From positions 1-64,000 of the IMG/VR virus record IMGVR_UViG_3300037087_000046: 64,000 nucleotides of DNA, one strand, 5' to 3'. The translations under genes and the position numbers were made by a program. How positions within the stretch are numbered: the stretch's first letter is position 1; the number at the start of each line of letters is the position of its first letter. The notes under the pieces are model-generated. The model saw only the letters and a program-made list of their open reading frames with translations, searched no databases and had not been told where the DNA came from. This document shows, piece after piece, positions 30,398 through 41,376 of this stretch. The DNA comes from a virus.

Positions 30398-30829
30398 ATG
30401 AAATTTTGCAAGGCGGGCGTATTATTTTACCCGGACTTGAAGGAAATTAGTCCGGGATGGTGGGAGTTACAGAAGGATTATACATTAGTGGTTGGTAAGG
30501 ACCAAATAGATGTTCCAAAGGGATTCCAGTGTGATTTAGCAAGCGTACCAAGCGGCCTTCAGTTCTGGTATGGAACACCAGGGTCTACACAGAATGCAGC
30601 AGCAGGTCTTTGCCATGATAAGTTGTATACTAACCACATGTGTGTGGATATACCCATCACCCGAAAAGAAGCAGATGATATTTTGTACAACATCCTCGTC
30701 ATGTTTGGGCATAGCCGATACACTGCCCTTAAAATGTGGTTGGGTGTACGAATGTTTGGAGGAAGCCATTGGAAATCCCTATCTGCGAAATATACCGCCC
30801 GGATGAAATCAATGGGAGAGACCCAATAA
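30398..30829 (+). CDS. DUF1353-like protein
   Basis: VPKGFQCDLASVP, HDKLY, ADDI, VRMFGG. Confidence 0.8.
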   Translation: MKFCKAGVLFYPDLKEISPGWWELQKDYTLVVGKDQIDVPKGFQCDLASVPSGLQFWYGTPGSTQNAAAGLCHDKLYTNHMCVDIPITRKEADDILYNILVMFGHSRYTALKMWLGVRMFGGSHWKSLSAKYTARMKSMGETQ

Positions 30830-31512
30830 CTCGTTTTGATGTTCAAGACATCATGGAGTCGATTGAACAGAATGGTGTTATTGAACCTGTAGTAGTCATG
30901 CCTATAACACCCGAATTTCGGGCGTTAAACGACATAGCCGCCACCTACAAGTGGCGGCTTGTCTGTGGCTTCCGTAGAACCTTTGCATGTAACTTGTTTC
31001 ACACAACTGTCAACGCGGTAATAAGCGAAACAGTTACAGATGAGACAGCGCGCGTTTTCAATGTAGTTGAAAATATTGAACGTAAGAATCTGAACATCCG
31101 GGAAGAATCAAAAGCAGTACAAACGCTCTTAGACAATGGCTTCACCAAGGAAGAAATTGCTAAGAAGTTGACCCGCCATACATCATGGGTGGAATCCCGA
31201 AGTAGATTCACTGAGTTACCTGAAGAAGTCCAGGACGATATACTCATTGGGATTATACCTCTTAATAGGATAGTTTCCCTTGCCAACACATATCAGAACA
31301 AGGGTGAAAAAGAACTACTGGCTAAGATTGAAAAGGTGATTGAAGCCCAGAACGCAAGGGAACAATGCACTCGCACTAAAAAAGAGATGTCGGACATGAT
31401 GCTCAAGTTGCATTGTAAGTTTGGCCCGTCTATAACGGATAAGGTTCTCAGTTGGGCGATGGGTGATTTGGGCACCGAGGCATTCAATATGTGGCTCAAG
31501 GAGCAGCAGTGA
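30736..31512 (+). CDS. second ParB-like protein
   Basis: SIEQNGVIEPVVV, LVCGFRR, ENIERKNL, HTH; start approximate. Confidence 0.85.
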   Translation: MVGCTNVWRKPLEIPICEIYRPDEINGRDPITRFDVQDIMESIEQNGVIEPVVVMPITPEFRALNDIAATYKWRLVCGFRRTFACNLFHTTVNAVISETVTDETARVFNVVENIERKNLNIREESKAVQTLLDNGFTKEEIAKKLTRHTSWVESRSRFTELPEEVQDDILIGIIPLNRIVSLANTYQNKGEKELLAKIEKVIEAQNAREQCTRTKKEMSDMMLKLHCKFGPSITDKVLSWAMGDLGTEAFNMWLKEQQ

Positions 31513-33866
31513 AAACTTATTTTCTCGACACAGAAACAGTTGGTCTAACAGGCCCGGCAATCCTCATTCAGTATGCCATTGATGATGGCCCGATTACCCT
31601 TCACGAAGTCTGGAAAGAACCAATCGGTAAGACTCTTGACCTGATTGAAGATGTGGCTAATAATGCCATTATTGGGTTTAATCTTTCATTTGACTGGTTT
31701 CAACTATATAAGTTGTATACCATGTTTTCGGATGAACCAAGAGATAATCCTCCTACGGAGGATTATTCCTATTGGGCAAAAAAAGAGATGGCTGGTAGAG
31801 ACCATCCTAATTGCCTGAAACCTGCACATGTACTTGACCTTCTTCTACATGCCCGTAAAGGCCCGTATCAGTCCACAATGGATAGGTCTGACATCCGTAT
31901 CAAGAAAGTACCGAAGGCTCTTGCTCAGTCCCTCTGTGATGAACTGTCAGAACGTATCCCCTTGAAGGATGTGTACTTTGCCCGTCGTAAAGACAAAACT
32001 GTTCGTTGGCAAGTATTTGAAACAAAAGAGATTGACCCGGTTTCTGGTAAAGAAAAAGTTTGTGAAGATTTCCGGGACATCGTTCTGAAGTTCTCTCCTT
32101 CCAGCGCATTGAAGGCTCTTGCCGTAGATGCTCTTGGTCTGGACGTTACCAAGTTTGATGATATTAGCATCGGGCATCCTCTTGAACGCGGCTATGCCCC
32201 TTATGCGTTAGCGCCGTTTATTGCCAGTAAGAAAGAAGGTACTGTTGCGCCAATTGAGGAAGATTTAGATTGTATAGTATCGTCCGTGGACGATACTATC
32301 TCTTTGGATGACAATGACCCTAACGAGTCATTGATTCCCGGTACAACCTATTACCCCTCACCAACTAACTGGTACGGCAAATGGCCCGAAGTAATCTCTA
32401 AGCACATTGAACATTGGGGCACACACAAGGAGGCAAGAGAGTATGCGGAGAATGACGTTGTATACACTCGTGGACTGTACCATTTTTTTAACAATCCTGT
32501 TCTTGATGACATTGATAGTGTTCTTGCTTGTATGGTGGCAACCGTCCGCTGGCGTGGTTTTAAAGTAAATATTGAAGCACTGAAGAAACTGAAAGAGTCC
32601 GCACAAGAACGTATCAGTGGGAAGTCTTTTAACTTTCAAGCAGCGGCTGAGGTTCGCAAGTATCTGCATGAAGTAATGTCCCCTATGGAACAAAAAATTA
32701 TTGGGGGCAGCACTAAGTCAGAGGTACTTGAATCCATTGTGAAGTGGGGTGATACTGAAGCCTCTAAACGTGCTGCTGAAGTATTGGATGCCCGACATGC
32801 CAAAAAGGAAATTGAGATTTATGACAAACTTCTTCTTAGTGATAGGTTTCACGCTTCTCTCAATGTTATTGGGACACTTAGTGGGCGTATGTCTGGATCA
32901 GATGGACTCAACCCCCAAGGAATAAATCATGGTAAACACGTCAGAAGTTGTTTCCCATTAGCATGGGATGGTTTCCAATTGATTGGAGGGGACTTTGCAT
33001 CCTTCGAGGTCTGTATCGCGGATGCTGTTTATAATGACCCTGTTTTGCATGATGAGTTGCTTGCTGGTGGTAGCGTACATGCCCACTTTGGAACGTACAT
33101 GTTTGATAAGTCCTATGAGGAGGTCTGTGCTACCAAATCGCTTCCGGGGGAACAGAATCTTTACTCCCGTGCTAAACAAGGAATCTTTGCCCTTCTGTAT
33201 GGAGGAGAAGCCTTCACTATTTCCAAGAGATTAGGCGTTTCAGAGGCTAAAGCGGAAGACGGCTTCCAACAGTTCATTAAGAAGTACAAAGTCCTTGGAA
33301 ACGCCCGTAAGGGCTATGCTGACCTGTTCTGTTCCATGAAGCAAACCGGGGAGATTGGTTCCCCCATCACTTGGGCTGAACCCGCTGATTATGTTGAGAG
33401 TAAGTTGGGACACAAACGATACTTCACACTGGAAAACAGCATCTGTAAGGTACTCTACAAACTGGCAGAGAAACCTCCTGCCGAATGGCTCAAGATGAAG
33501 ATGAAGGTTACACGCCGCGATAGAGTACAAACAACCAGTGGTGCAGCGCGTAGTGCTTTATTCGCTGCCGCGTTTGCTGTTCAAGCTTCTAACATGCGTG
33601 CTGGGGGCAACCACGTTATTCAGTCTACTGGTGCAGGGCTTACCAAACTCCTTCAGGGTAAAATCTGGGAGTTGCAACCAAGTGGTGCAGCACCCTGGGT
33701 CGTACAACCTCTTCAGATTCACGACGAAATCCTTTGCCCCACTTTACCTGAACGAGTTGAAGAAGCCAACAAAATCGTAGCAGACTTTATCCAAGAGTAC
33801 CGGGCTATTGTGCCGCTTCTTGAAATCGAATGGAAGGACGACCTAAAGACATGGGCAGACAAATAG
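31509..33866 (+). CDS. DNA polymerase family A with 3'-5' exonuclease
   Basis: DTET, GFNLSFD, TLSGRMS, DFASFE (motif A), KQGIFALLYG (B), QIHDE (C). Confidence 0.92.
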   Translation: MKTYFLDTETVGLTGPAILIQYAIDDGPITLHEVWKEPIGKTLDLIEDVANNAIIGFNLSFDWFQLYKLYTMFSDEPRDNPPTEDYSYWAKKEMAGRDHPNCLKPAHVLDLLLHARKGPYQSTMDRSDIRIKKVPKALAQSLCDELSERIPLKDVYFARRKDKTVRWQVFETKEIDPVSGKEKVCEDFRDIVLKFSPSSALKALAVDALGLDVTKFDDISIGHPLERGYAPYALAPFIASKKEGTVAPIEEDLDCIVSSVDDTISLDDNDPNESLIPGTTYYPSPTNWYGKWPEVISKHIEHWGTHKEAREYAENDVVYTRGLYHFFNNPVLDDIDSVLACMVATVRWRGFKVNIEALKKLKESAQERISGKSFNFQAAAEVRKYLHEVMSPMEQKIIGGSTKSEVLESIVKWGDTEASKRAAEVLDARHAKKEIEIYDKLLLSDRFHASLNVIGTLSGRMSGSDGLNPQGINHGKHVRSCFPLAWDGFQLIGGDFASFEVCIADAVYNDPVLHDELLAGGSVHAHFGTYMFDKSYEEVCATKSLPGEQNLYSRAKQGIFALLYGGEAFTISKRLGVSEAKAEDGFQQFIKKYKVLGNARKGYADLFCSMKQTGEIGSPITWAEPADYVESKLGHKRYFTLENSICKVLYKLAEKPPAEWLKMKMKVTRRDRVQTTSGAARSALFAAAFAVQASNMRAGGNHVIQSTGAGLTKLLQGKIWELQPSGAAPWVVQPLQIHDEILCPTLPERVEEANKIVADFIQEYRAIVPLLEIEWKDDLKTWADK

Positions 33867-34678
33867 GTAAAGTGTGTTTAGGGTACACATACTACGTGGT
33901 TAAGGTGGAATCTACGGGGCAGGGTGGGGAATCCTACATGGGTGTAAATCCAACCATTTTAGTCAGATTAGAGGATGACTGGAATGGGGTAGTTTCTACC
34001 TGTTGGCATGAGATGATTGAACAACTATTTGTACAGTATCATGTGCGATACCAAAAAATAGATGAGACCATTTCGTCCCCTTGTCAAGTTATGTTCCAAT
34101 TTGACCATAACGTATTCACATCAATAGTGGATGAGGCGGCACGCGCCTTCAATGATATTGAGACACCACTTAGGAAGGCTTGGCAGAATGCTAAAAAATA
34201 GAGAGGCGAATCAATGGACTTAGTGAAAACTCTAAACGCGCAGATTAAAGAGTATCGGCGCATTCTTTATCGTATTGAACATGGTAAACCTTTAAGTGAA
34301 GAACAGCAAAACCAACTATATGGTTATCTACACCGACACGCTTACCGTTGGGTTGACCAACTGCTTGATGAAGTGAATAAAGTACAGCCTGACGAGATGT
34401 CGCTCAGCGCATTACGCTTAGCAAACAAACATCGCCCAGGCTACTCTACCATGACGCGGAAGGAATTACTGAATGCTTAAGGTGATGTACACTTATTTTT
34501 TGAGGGCAGGAATCAATATTAAGATTCCCAAATCATTGACAAATGAGGAACAACAATGGGTAATGGGTATTTATAATGGTGCATATAAACAATACCACTT
34601 CATGTGGAACATGTTACCAGATAAACGTAAACGAGCCAGCGCGTTGTTCCGTGAAGTTGTTCTCAAGACGCTGCCGGA

Positions 34679-35044
34679 GTGTTTCAAGTGAAGCCTTTCA
34701 AACCAAGAACGAACCCGGAGGCTAAAATCCTTCAAGAAATAACAAAACGGTTAGTGCTTGAGGGATGGCTCGTGATGAGGACTAATGGGAACCAGTTCCA
34801 GCGGGGGTTTCCTGATCTATACGCCAGTCATAAACGATATGGTCCGCGCTGGATCGAGGTTAAATTGCCAGGGATGATCGGGTCGAAGTTCACGCCAGCA
34901 CAATTAGAATTTTTTCCAAAGATGCTGGAGAACGGAACGGATGTATGGATACTCACATCACCCGACGATTATAAATTATTGTTTCAGCCCCAAAACATGT
35001 CGTTTTATCTTGACAAGAAGCATTCTAACGTGTTAGACTATTAG
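34679..35044 (+). CDS. VRR-NUC / Holliday-junction resolvase-like nuclease
   Basis: EAKI...GFPDL...WIEVK. Confidence 0.8.
   Translation: MFQVKPFKPRTNPEAKILQEITKRLVLEGWLVMRTNGNQFQRGFPDLYASHKRYGPRWIEVKLPGMIGSKFTPAQLEFFPKMLENGTDVWILTSPDDYKLLFQPQNMSFYLDKKHSNVLDY
35010..35039 (+). promoter_or_regulatory. sigma70-type promoter with palindromic operator-like core
   Basis: TTGACA-N18-TAGACT containing TCTAACGTGTTAGA. Confidence 0.85.
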
Positions 35045-35096
35045 CAGCAGTTTAATATGAACGGGGAACAATCAGAACTTATTTGTTTAGAGGGGG

Positions 35097-35680
35097 TTGT
35101 GCGTGAGTATTTCCAGCAGGTGTAAGCGGGGTAATATTTCGGAGAGGGACAAATGGGGAAGATGCCAGTGTGAAGAGTGTAAGGAAGTTAGGGCTACCAA
35201 AAGTTTAAATTGGTACTATAAGAATAGAGAGAAATATAGAGAGAAATCTATAGAGAGGGTACGGAAGTGGCAAAAGGAACATCCCGATAAAGTGATAGAA
35301 TACAGTAGAAAACGGTATATTGAAAATCATGAGGTAATTAACGAATATACAAAAAATGGAACAAGGAACATCCTGATAGAGTAAAAGAAATTAGGATGAA
35401 ACATAGAAAGAATAACCCCGGAGCCTCCAATGCAATTACTGCTAAAAGACGGGCTACCCAATTACAACAAACACCCAAGTGGGCCGACTTGAGAAAAATA
35501 GAACAGTTTTATATTGAAGCAGCAAGATTAACAAAAGAAACAGGAATTCAACATCATGTAGACCACATAATGCCCCTACGCGGTAAATTTGTAAGCGGTT
35601 TACACGTTCACCAAAATCTACAAATTCTAACAGCATCCGAAAATTGTTCAAAATCTAACCGAGTGGAGGGTTTAGGATGA
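35097..35680 (+). CDS. HNH endonuclease split by a -1 frameshift at the A6 run 35351-35356
   Basis: HVDHIMPL...GLHVHQNLQ...N..KSN; the -1 frame restores the repeat KWNKEHPDRV that parallels KWQKEHPDKV. Confidence 0.75.
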
Positions 35681-35986
35681 TACGCTTAATCTTGTTTGAT
35701 GTGGACTGGTTATATCACAGTAGTGGGAAGTTTGACTACACTAAGGTTGACTACAAAGATAGCGTCCCTATTGCCATCCTAACGCATCGTAACCCGGATT
35801 TTGAACGGTATTTAAGCAAACTGGGTATTGCGGTGTCCGTGTGCGAGAGGAATGAAATACCCTTCCACCTCCCCGCCACATTGTTTTATTATCTTGGCGT
35901 TGATTCCACCATAGACAGTGTTACCGTTTATTCTGGTGCAGAGTATGTCAAGCCACTTCTAACCGAGGTGAGAAAGTTCGTAGGAG

Positions 35987-36442
35987 TTGCCGATGCCAGA
36001 AAAAAATAGTACAGCAGAATCAGTATTTGCAAAATACGAAGGACTGGTGTATGCGCAGAAATTGGCTCGGCGGAGCGAAGACCTCCGAAGTGAAGCAACT
36101 CTTGCCCTTTGGTTAGCAGCGTTAAATATTGCCAAGGGCAATATTTCCAAAGAGCACGAACTGCCATACATATTGTCGTGTGTCAACAAGGGGATGTTGA
36201 AATACGCTATAGCGAACTCCTCCCTACGGCTTGAGAGGGAAGGCAGGGATGAACGAACATCATTGTCCGTGTATACGGACAATCAGTTTGTTAATGAAAC
36301 CTTTGACAATTATCGCCATAGGGAAGTGGCACACTTGCTTCTGGATGGGTATTCAACAACCCAAATAAGTAAAATATTGCATATCTCACCACAAGCAACT
36401 CGCTTGCGTATCCGTGGAATAAAGGAGGTGCTCCGTGGATGA
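35987..36442 (+). CDS. sigma-factor-like / HTH DNA-binding protein
   Basis: EDLRSEA..AL (region 2-like) and GYSTTQISKILHIS (region 4 HTH). Confidence 0.6.
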   Translation: MPMPEKNSTAESVFAKYEGLVYAQKLARRSEDLRSEATLALWLAALNIAKGNISKEHELPYILSCVNKGMLKYAIANSSLRLEREGRDERTSLSVYTDNQFVNETFDNYRHREVAHLLLDGYSTTQISKILHISPQATRLRIRGIKEVLRG

Positions 36443-36634
36443 CTTCTTTACCCCGGAACTTGTTAATTATTTACTCTCTATCAAGGCGTTAAATAGCATA
36501 CTTCTCAGTGACGACATCTGCTTCTGTAATGACAAACAGTGCCCAAAGCATGAGACATGCCGTAGGTGGATTGGTAACTACAAGGGAACTAATCAGTATC
36601 TGTCTATGACTGAGACTCTAAGAGAGGGAACCAC

Positions 36635-36935
36635 ATGCGATGCTTGGTTGGCTGTGAATTTTCAGGAGTAGTGCGAGATGCGTTTGCAGCAAAAGGATGG
36701 GATGCCTGGTCTTGTGATTTACTTCCTTCTGATAGACCGGGTAATCATTTTGAAAAGATTGCCTTAGAGAACCCCGTAGGTATCCTAAGCAGTATCATTC
36801 GCAAGCCTGACCAGGTTATCCAGCCGTGGTAGAGAAGAGCGTATACATAAACTACCACCCAGTGCAGACAGATGGAAACTACGTAGCATAACTTACCACG
36901 GAATCGCAGAAGGGATGGCTGAACAATGGACATAA
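36635..36935 (+). pseudogene. internally deleted, frameshifted phage DNA cytosine methyltransferase
   Basis: MRCLVGCEFSGVVRDAF..SCDLLP..GNH joined directly to IALENPV..PDQVIQPW, then in another frame GREERIHKLPPSADRWKLRSITYHGIAEGMAEQW*; no PPC catalytic motif. Confidence 0.8.
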
Positions 36936-37552
36936 AAGACTGGCTACAGAGTGATGATGTAGAATATAAGGGCATGAGAAAACTTAAGTCAAAGCATATT
37001 ATTTTATTTCCGTATTTAGGTGGATTGGACTTGCTGCGTGAGTTGAAACGGCATGTATATCCTGATTGGAGTATAATCCGCTGTTATGACACAACCCCAA
37101 ATCACACCAAGAACCTAATTGAATACAGAGATCGTATTTTCTCCTTGAACGCTCGAAAAGATTTGGTAAAGTTGCTTGGGGTGTGCCGCGAGATGGTATC
37201 TTACAGTAAGGTTTTCGCCTTGGGGTGGGATAGATAAATTGCGATATGAAGCCAACAAAATATATGATAGTATGGGGAATGTGTTTGACTCAAATATGTA
37301 TCAACAGGCACGGGAGTATTTTAATAGCGTGCTATTAAAAGAGCACTGTGAGGAACTTGGTGTAGACCCTGAAGAACTTTTGTTGGAATACCGAGAAGCC
37401 GTAGCGGCACGTAAGGAACCAGGAGCCAAACGTAGAGCATTAGCGTCGGCATTGCTATTGAAGATTGCTCGCAAACGAGAGCACCTCGTGCGTTACGAAA
37501 GGGCTGACTAATGCTGACTATTAAAATCAGGACTGACTCAGATGGTAAATGA

Positions 37553-38473
37553 ATGCCGGGGACACTTGTTGTTATTATAGAGAAAGAGGAAATAGTGCGC
37601 ATACCCAAACAGTTGAGTCCAACCAGTATTAGCCTTTTCTACGAAGATAGGCGTAGGTTCTATTTAAAATACTTGGCCGATTCGCGTTGCCCGCGCGACC
37701 CGCAGACCCCGCCGATGGCCTTGGGCAGCAGCTTCGATGCCCATGTCAAAAGTTTTTTGGCTGGATATGACCTAGAAACCATTTTCAAACAGCAAGTTGA
37801 CGAACCTATGCGCGAGTGGGCGTGGACGAACGGTGCCCGTGCGTTCAGGCTATACCAAGATTCAGGTGCCCTTGAAGCATTGGAGAAGGAAATGGATCAA
37901 TTTTCAATTGCTCCAAGGTTTGAATTTGATGTGGTAGGGCATGTTAATGGTGTTCCTCTTGGCGGCAAGCCCGATTTATGGTATGGCCACCGGGGTGGAG
38001 CACATGTGCTACTTGATTGGAAATGTAACGGTTATTGCTCCTCTCGCCCCATGTCCCCCAAGAAGGGTTATATCCATCGGTTCGACACTAAAATGGCACA
38101 TAAAAATTGTATACCTGTTGAATACAAAGGGTACTTAATAAATTCCGCCGCACCTATGAACACCGTTGACACGTCGTGGGCGAACCAGTTGTCGATTTAT
38201 GCCTGGCTACTGGGGGAATCTATCGGGTCAAACTTTGTCGTAGGAATAGAGCAACTCTGTGGGCCAGACTGTCTGTGTGTTAGCCATCGTAGTCTGATTG
38301 AACCTGAATATCAGGAGGCGTTGGTACGTAAGATGACTTATATGTGGCACCTGATACAACAAGGGCCACGGCACATCTTTGATACCGTGTCAGAAGAGGA
38401 ATCAGAGGAAGAGTGTGCAGTGCTGGATAAATATTATTTGTCCTTTCAAGGTGAGTATGCTTTTTTGTCTTGA
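37553..38473 (+). CDS. PD-(D/E)XK exonuclease (RecB/Cas4-like)
   Basis: LSPTSI, GSSFD, GKPD, LDWK, QLSIY. Confidence 0.75.
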   Translation: MPGTLVVIIEKEEIVRIPKQLSPTSISLFYEDRRRFYLKYLADSRCPRDPQTPPMALGSSFDAHVKSFLAGYDLETIFKQQVDEPMREWAWTNGARAFRLYQDSGALEALEKEMDQFSIAPRFEFDVVGHVNGVPLGGKPDLWYGHRGGAHVLLDWKCNGYCSSRPMSPKKGYIHRFDTKMAHKNCIPVEYKGYLINSAAPMNTVDTSWANQLSIYAWLLGESIGSNFVVGIEQLCGPDCLCVSHRSLIEPEYQEALVRKMTYMWHLIQQGPRHIFDTVSEEESEEECAVLDKYYLSFQGEYAFLS

Positions 38474-38499
38474 CAGTTAAGAGCCTAACGTGTTAGACT
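38470..38499 (+). promoter_or_regulatory. sigma70-type promoter with palindromic core
   Basis: TTGACA-N18-TAGACT containing CTAACGTGTTAG. Confidence 0.85.
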
Positions 38500-38506
38500 C
38501 TTTCTC

Positions 38507-38623
38507 GTAGTCAGTAAGTGCAAGGCAAACGCGGGGTCGGGTTGAGGATTAACTTCAGACGTTTTTAAACGGATTGGCGATGCCACTATAACAAATAGCC
38601 GCCGACGAACCCCTACTGACTAC
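38507..38623 (+). ncRNA. putative structured leader or small RNA
   Basis: GTAGTCAGTA (38507-16) pairs with TACTGACTAC (38614-23) and encloses several hairpins; starts at the expected TSS. Confidence 0.45.
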
Positions 38624-38644
38624 TATTTAAAGGAGAAATAGAAC

Positions 38645-39184
38645 ATGACTTGTGACATCTGTGGGAAACAAAAAGAAGTATACAAAGTGGCAGGAGTGAT
38701 TATTCCAGGAGTTAGGTATGTCTGCATGGAATGTGCTGTTAAACAGGGGTGGACTAATAGAGAGATGTGGGGGCGTAAACTTACCTGTACCCACTGTGGG
38801 GTGGAAGAAATTATTATCACAACTCTTCTACAAACATCATTTGAATGTGATAAATGTAAAGATGTTGAGGTGGTATGTCCTCATTGCCAAAAACATCTAA
38901 AGACAGTGAAAAAAGTAAATTACAAATCCATGTATGACTATATCTGTGATGAGTGCCAAGCAGGATTTGACAAACGTGAGTCCGAAGAGGAAGCATATAA
39001 GAAGGAACGCGAAGAAGAATATGGTGGTCTTATTGGAACTTACATGGTAACTATTTGTGAAAGGTGTGGTAAAGAAACAGATTGCCTTTTTGAAGCAGAC
39101 CCCTTTAATGAAGATGTGAACGAAGATGATACCCCTGTTTGGGAATGTGACGATTGCAGGGAAGCCAGCGCGTTGGAGATATAA
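38645..39184 (+). CDS. multi-Zn-ribbon hypothetical protein
   Basis: eight CxxC motifs; AAGGAG RBS. Confidence 0.65.
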   Translation: MTCDICGKQKEVYKVAGVIIPGVRYVCMECAVKQGWTNREMWGRKLTCTHCGVEEIIITTLLQTSFECDKCKDVEVVCPHCQKHLKTVKKVNYKSMYDYICDECQAGFDKRESEEEAYKKEREEEYGGLIGTYMVTICERCGKETDCLFEADPFNEDVNEDDTPVWECDDCREASALEI

Positions 39185-40322
39185 AATGATTAACCTAACC
39201 ACAGTAGAAGAAATTACATTCTGGATTAACCCCAAGCATATTGTTGCCTTCGAGAGACAGGATGACTGGACAGTAATTTCCATGACAAACGGGCAGTCGT
39301 TCCGGGTTAAAGAAACACCAATGGATATAATTTGTAAACTGGGGGAGGACAACTAATGAAACTCATTGCATTTGTTAATGGTATGCAACTTAACGGGGAG
39401 TTTGACTCCTTCAAAGAAATATCTGATAAGTTGCTGGATGATTTTAGGGGTACTCTCGTAGTACGACCTGCTGAAACCCCTTCCACAAAATACCACGCCA
39501 TCCTTCCAGGAGGAATCACAACTCCACACTTCTCCAGCCAGACTGGAGCAATCAACTGTGCTCTTGCCGAGATTAACGCCTACCCCGCAAAGTATATCGA
39601 GGTAAAAGCATGCTGATTTCAATTTGGGAAGGGGACGAACTCACCATCATGGAACATGAAAGTCTCACCAACGACGAAATTATCTTCCTTGAGACTGTGG
39701 ATGAGGTAGGTGTTCCCCTACCAAAAGCCCATGTATATGATGACCTATTTGAAGCAGCCAACTTCCTATATTATGAAAAAATCCCACATGTAACAGACAA
39801 ACGCGGACTTGCTGAAGGGCTGATGGATTTGTTTGGTAAAACCAAATACAAGGTGGTGTTGTTTTATGATTAAGGGGTGGTTTGCTAAGGATCAAAATGG
39901 TAGGATACAGATATTTGGTCATGAACCTTATCTTGAAGCAGGGACGTGGATAAAGAAAGAGGGTGGAACACCCGAAATCAATACTTTTATTTCTATTGCA
40001 GAAGATGATAGTTTGGGCATACTGGAAAAACGTGAAGTCACCCTTAAGAAGTCTGAATTGCGTAGAATATGCCAAATTACCTATAACGAGGAGTTACTAT
40101 GAGTAAAATTAAACTGAAGACAGACCCCGGTTTCAAGTGTGCTTGTTCCTGTGATTTACATGACGGGCTTTATTGTAAAGTGGGTTGGGCTAAAAAGTAC
40201 AGCCGTGATGTACCGTGGCTGCTACACCCAACAAAAAAATGCCCCTTGCACAAGACGGTAGGTACATTTGTCATTGATATTGAGAAACTGAAATAGTCGT
40301 CCTGCTTGCAATACTCCTACTG

Positions 40323-40829
40323 ATGCACCATGAGGATAATTTTGCTACCGCAAAATTATGTAGTGCCGGGGTATTGACGATTGGGTATGGGCACACAACT
40401 ACTTTCGGATTCCCGAAAGTAGTTCCTGGCATGAAAATTTCCCAGCCAGAAGCCATTATTCTTCTTTACAAGGATACCAAGAAGGTGTATGATGGTATAT
40501 ATCCAACGGTGAAACAGTTGGATATACTTCAACAAGCAGCATTAGTATCCTTTGCATACAACATTGGGATTGAGGCATTCGACAAGTCCGCTGTAGCAAT
40601 TAGGCTACGCGATTGGAAAGACCCACCTGATAACCTGTGGCAATATGAGTGTTTGGAAATGCACCTGTTGAGGTGGGATAAAATCGGCAAGACGGTTGCA
40701 CCTGGGTTGGCCCACCGGAGAGAGAGCGAAGCGTGGATATTACTGTGGCAACAACATCTGATGGAAAGTGTAGTATACAGTGTTCCTTATATTGCAAAAC
40801 TGGGTATTATAAAGATTATTGCCAATTAA
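40323..40829 (+). CDS. GH24 lysozyme (endolysin-type)
   Basis: HE...C.AGVLTIGYGHT, ALVSFAYNIG, GLAHRRESE. Confidence 0.85.
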   Translation: MHHEDNFATAKLCSAGVLTIGYGHTTTFGFPKVVPGMKISQPEAIILLYKDTKKVYDGIYPTVKQLDILQQAALVSFAYNIGIEAFDKSAVAIRLRDWKDPPDNLWQYECLEMHLLRWDKIGKTVAPGLAHRRESEAWILLWQQHLMESVVYSVPYIAKLGIIKIIAN

Positions 40830-41376
40830 ATAAACACTACTATGGTGGCCAGTGGGTAATGAAACCTAAACCAACATGCCCGGCTATTACGGAGCCTGAG
40901 ACAATCCGATTTGTTGCACGAATGGACTTGCCATGCTGAACTCCGAACGGTGGATGAAGATTGCACAGAATGCTGAGATACAGTGGGGTAATCGAGAAGA
41001 AGAGTTGGATGAAGAGGGTATCTTTAATTACTGGGAAGATGATTTGTATAGAGCATATCAAAAAGAAGCAGATGCTGCGAACTCATTAGCCATACAATGG
41101 AAAGGAATTGAAAATGCTAATCAAGGCTAAAGACTTACAAGTTGGAGATGTTATTGCTGGGCACGAGGTTTATAGTGTACAGTCGGCAATACTTTTTACC
41201 CTTGTCTGCATGGAAAAAGAAGGTAAACATTATGCACCGGAGTTTCTCAACGAAATGGAAATCAACGTTGAACGACCTGAGTATGTTAAGGTGAATAAAG
41301 AGTTGGTAAGACGTGCCATTGATTGTCTTGGTGGGTCAAGGTGTTCTAGTGACGCAGAGGAACTGGAGAAACTCCT

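Noticed and set aside
37553-38473. Cas4 / CRISPR-associated locus
   Set aside because: No Fe-S cysteine cluster pattern, other cas genes or array; fits an ordinary phage recombination exonuclease.
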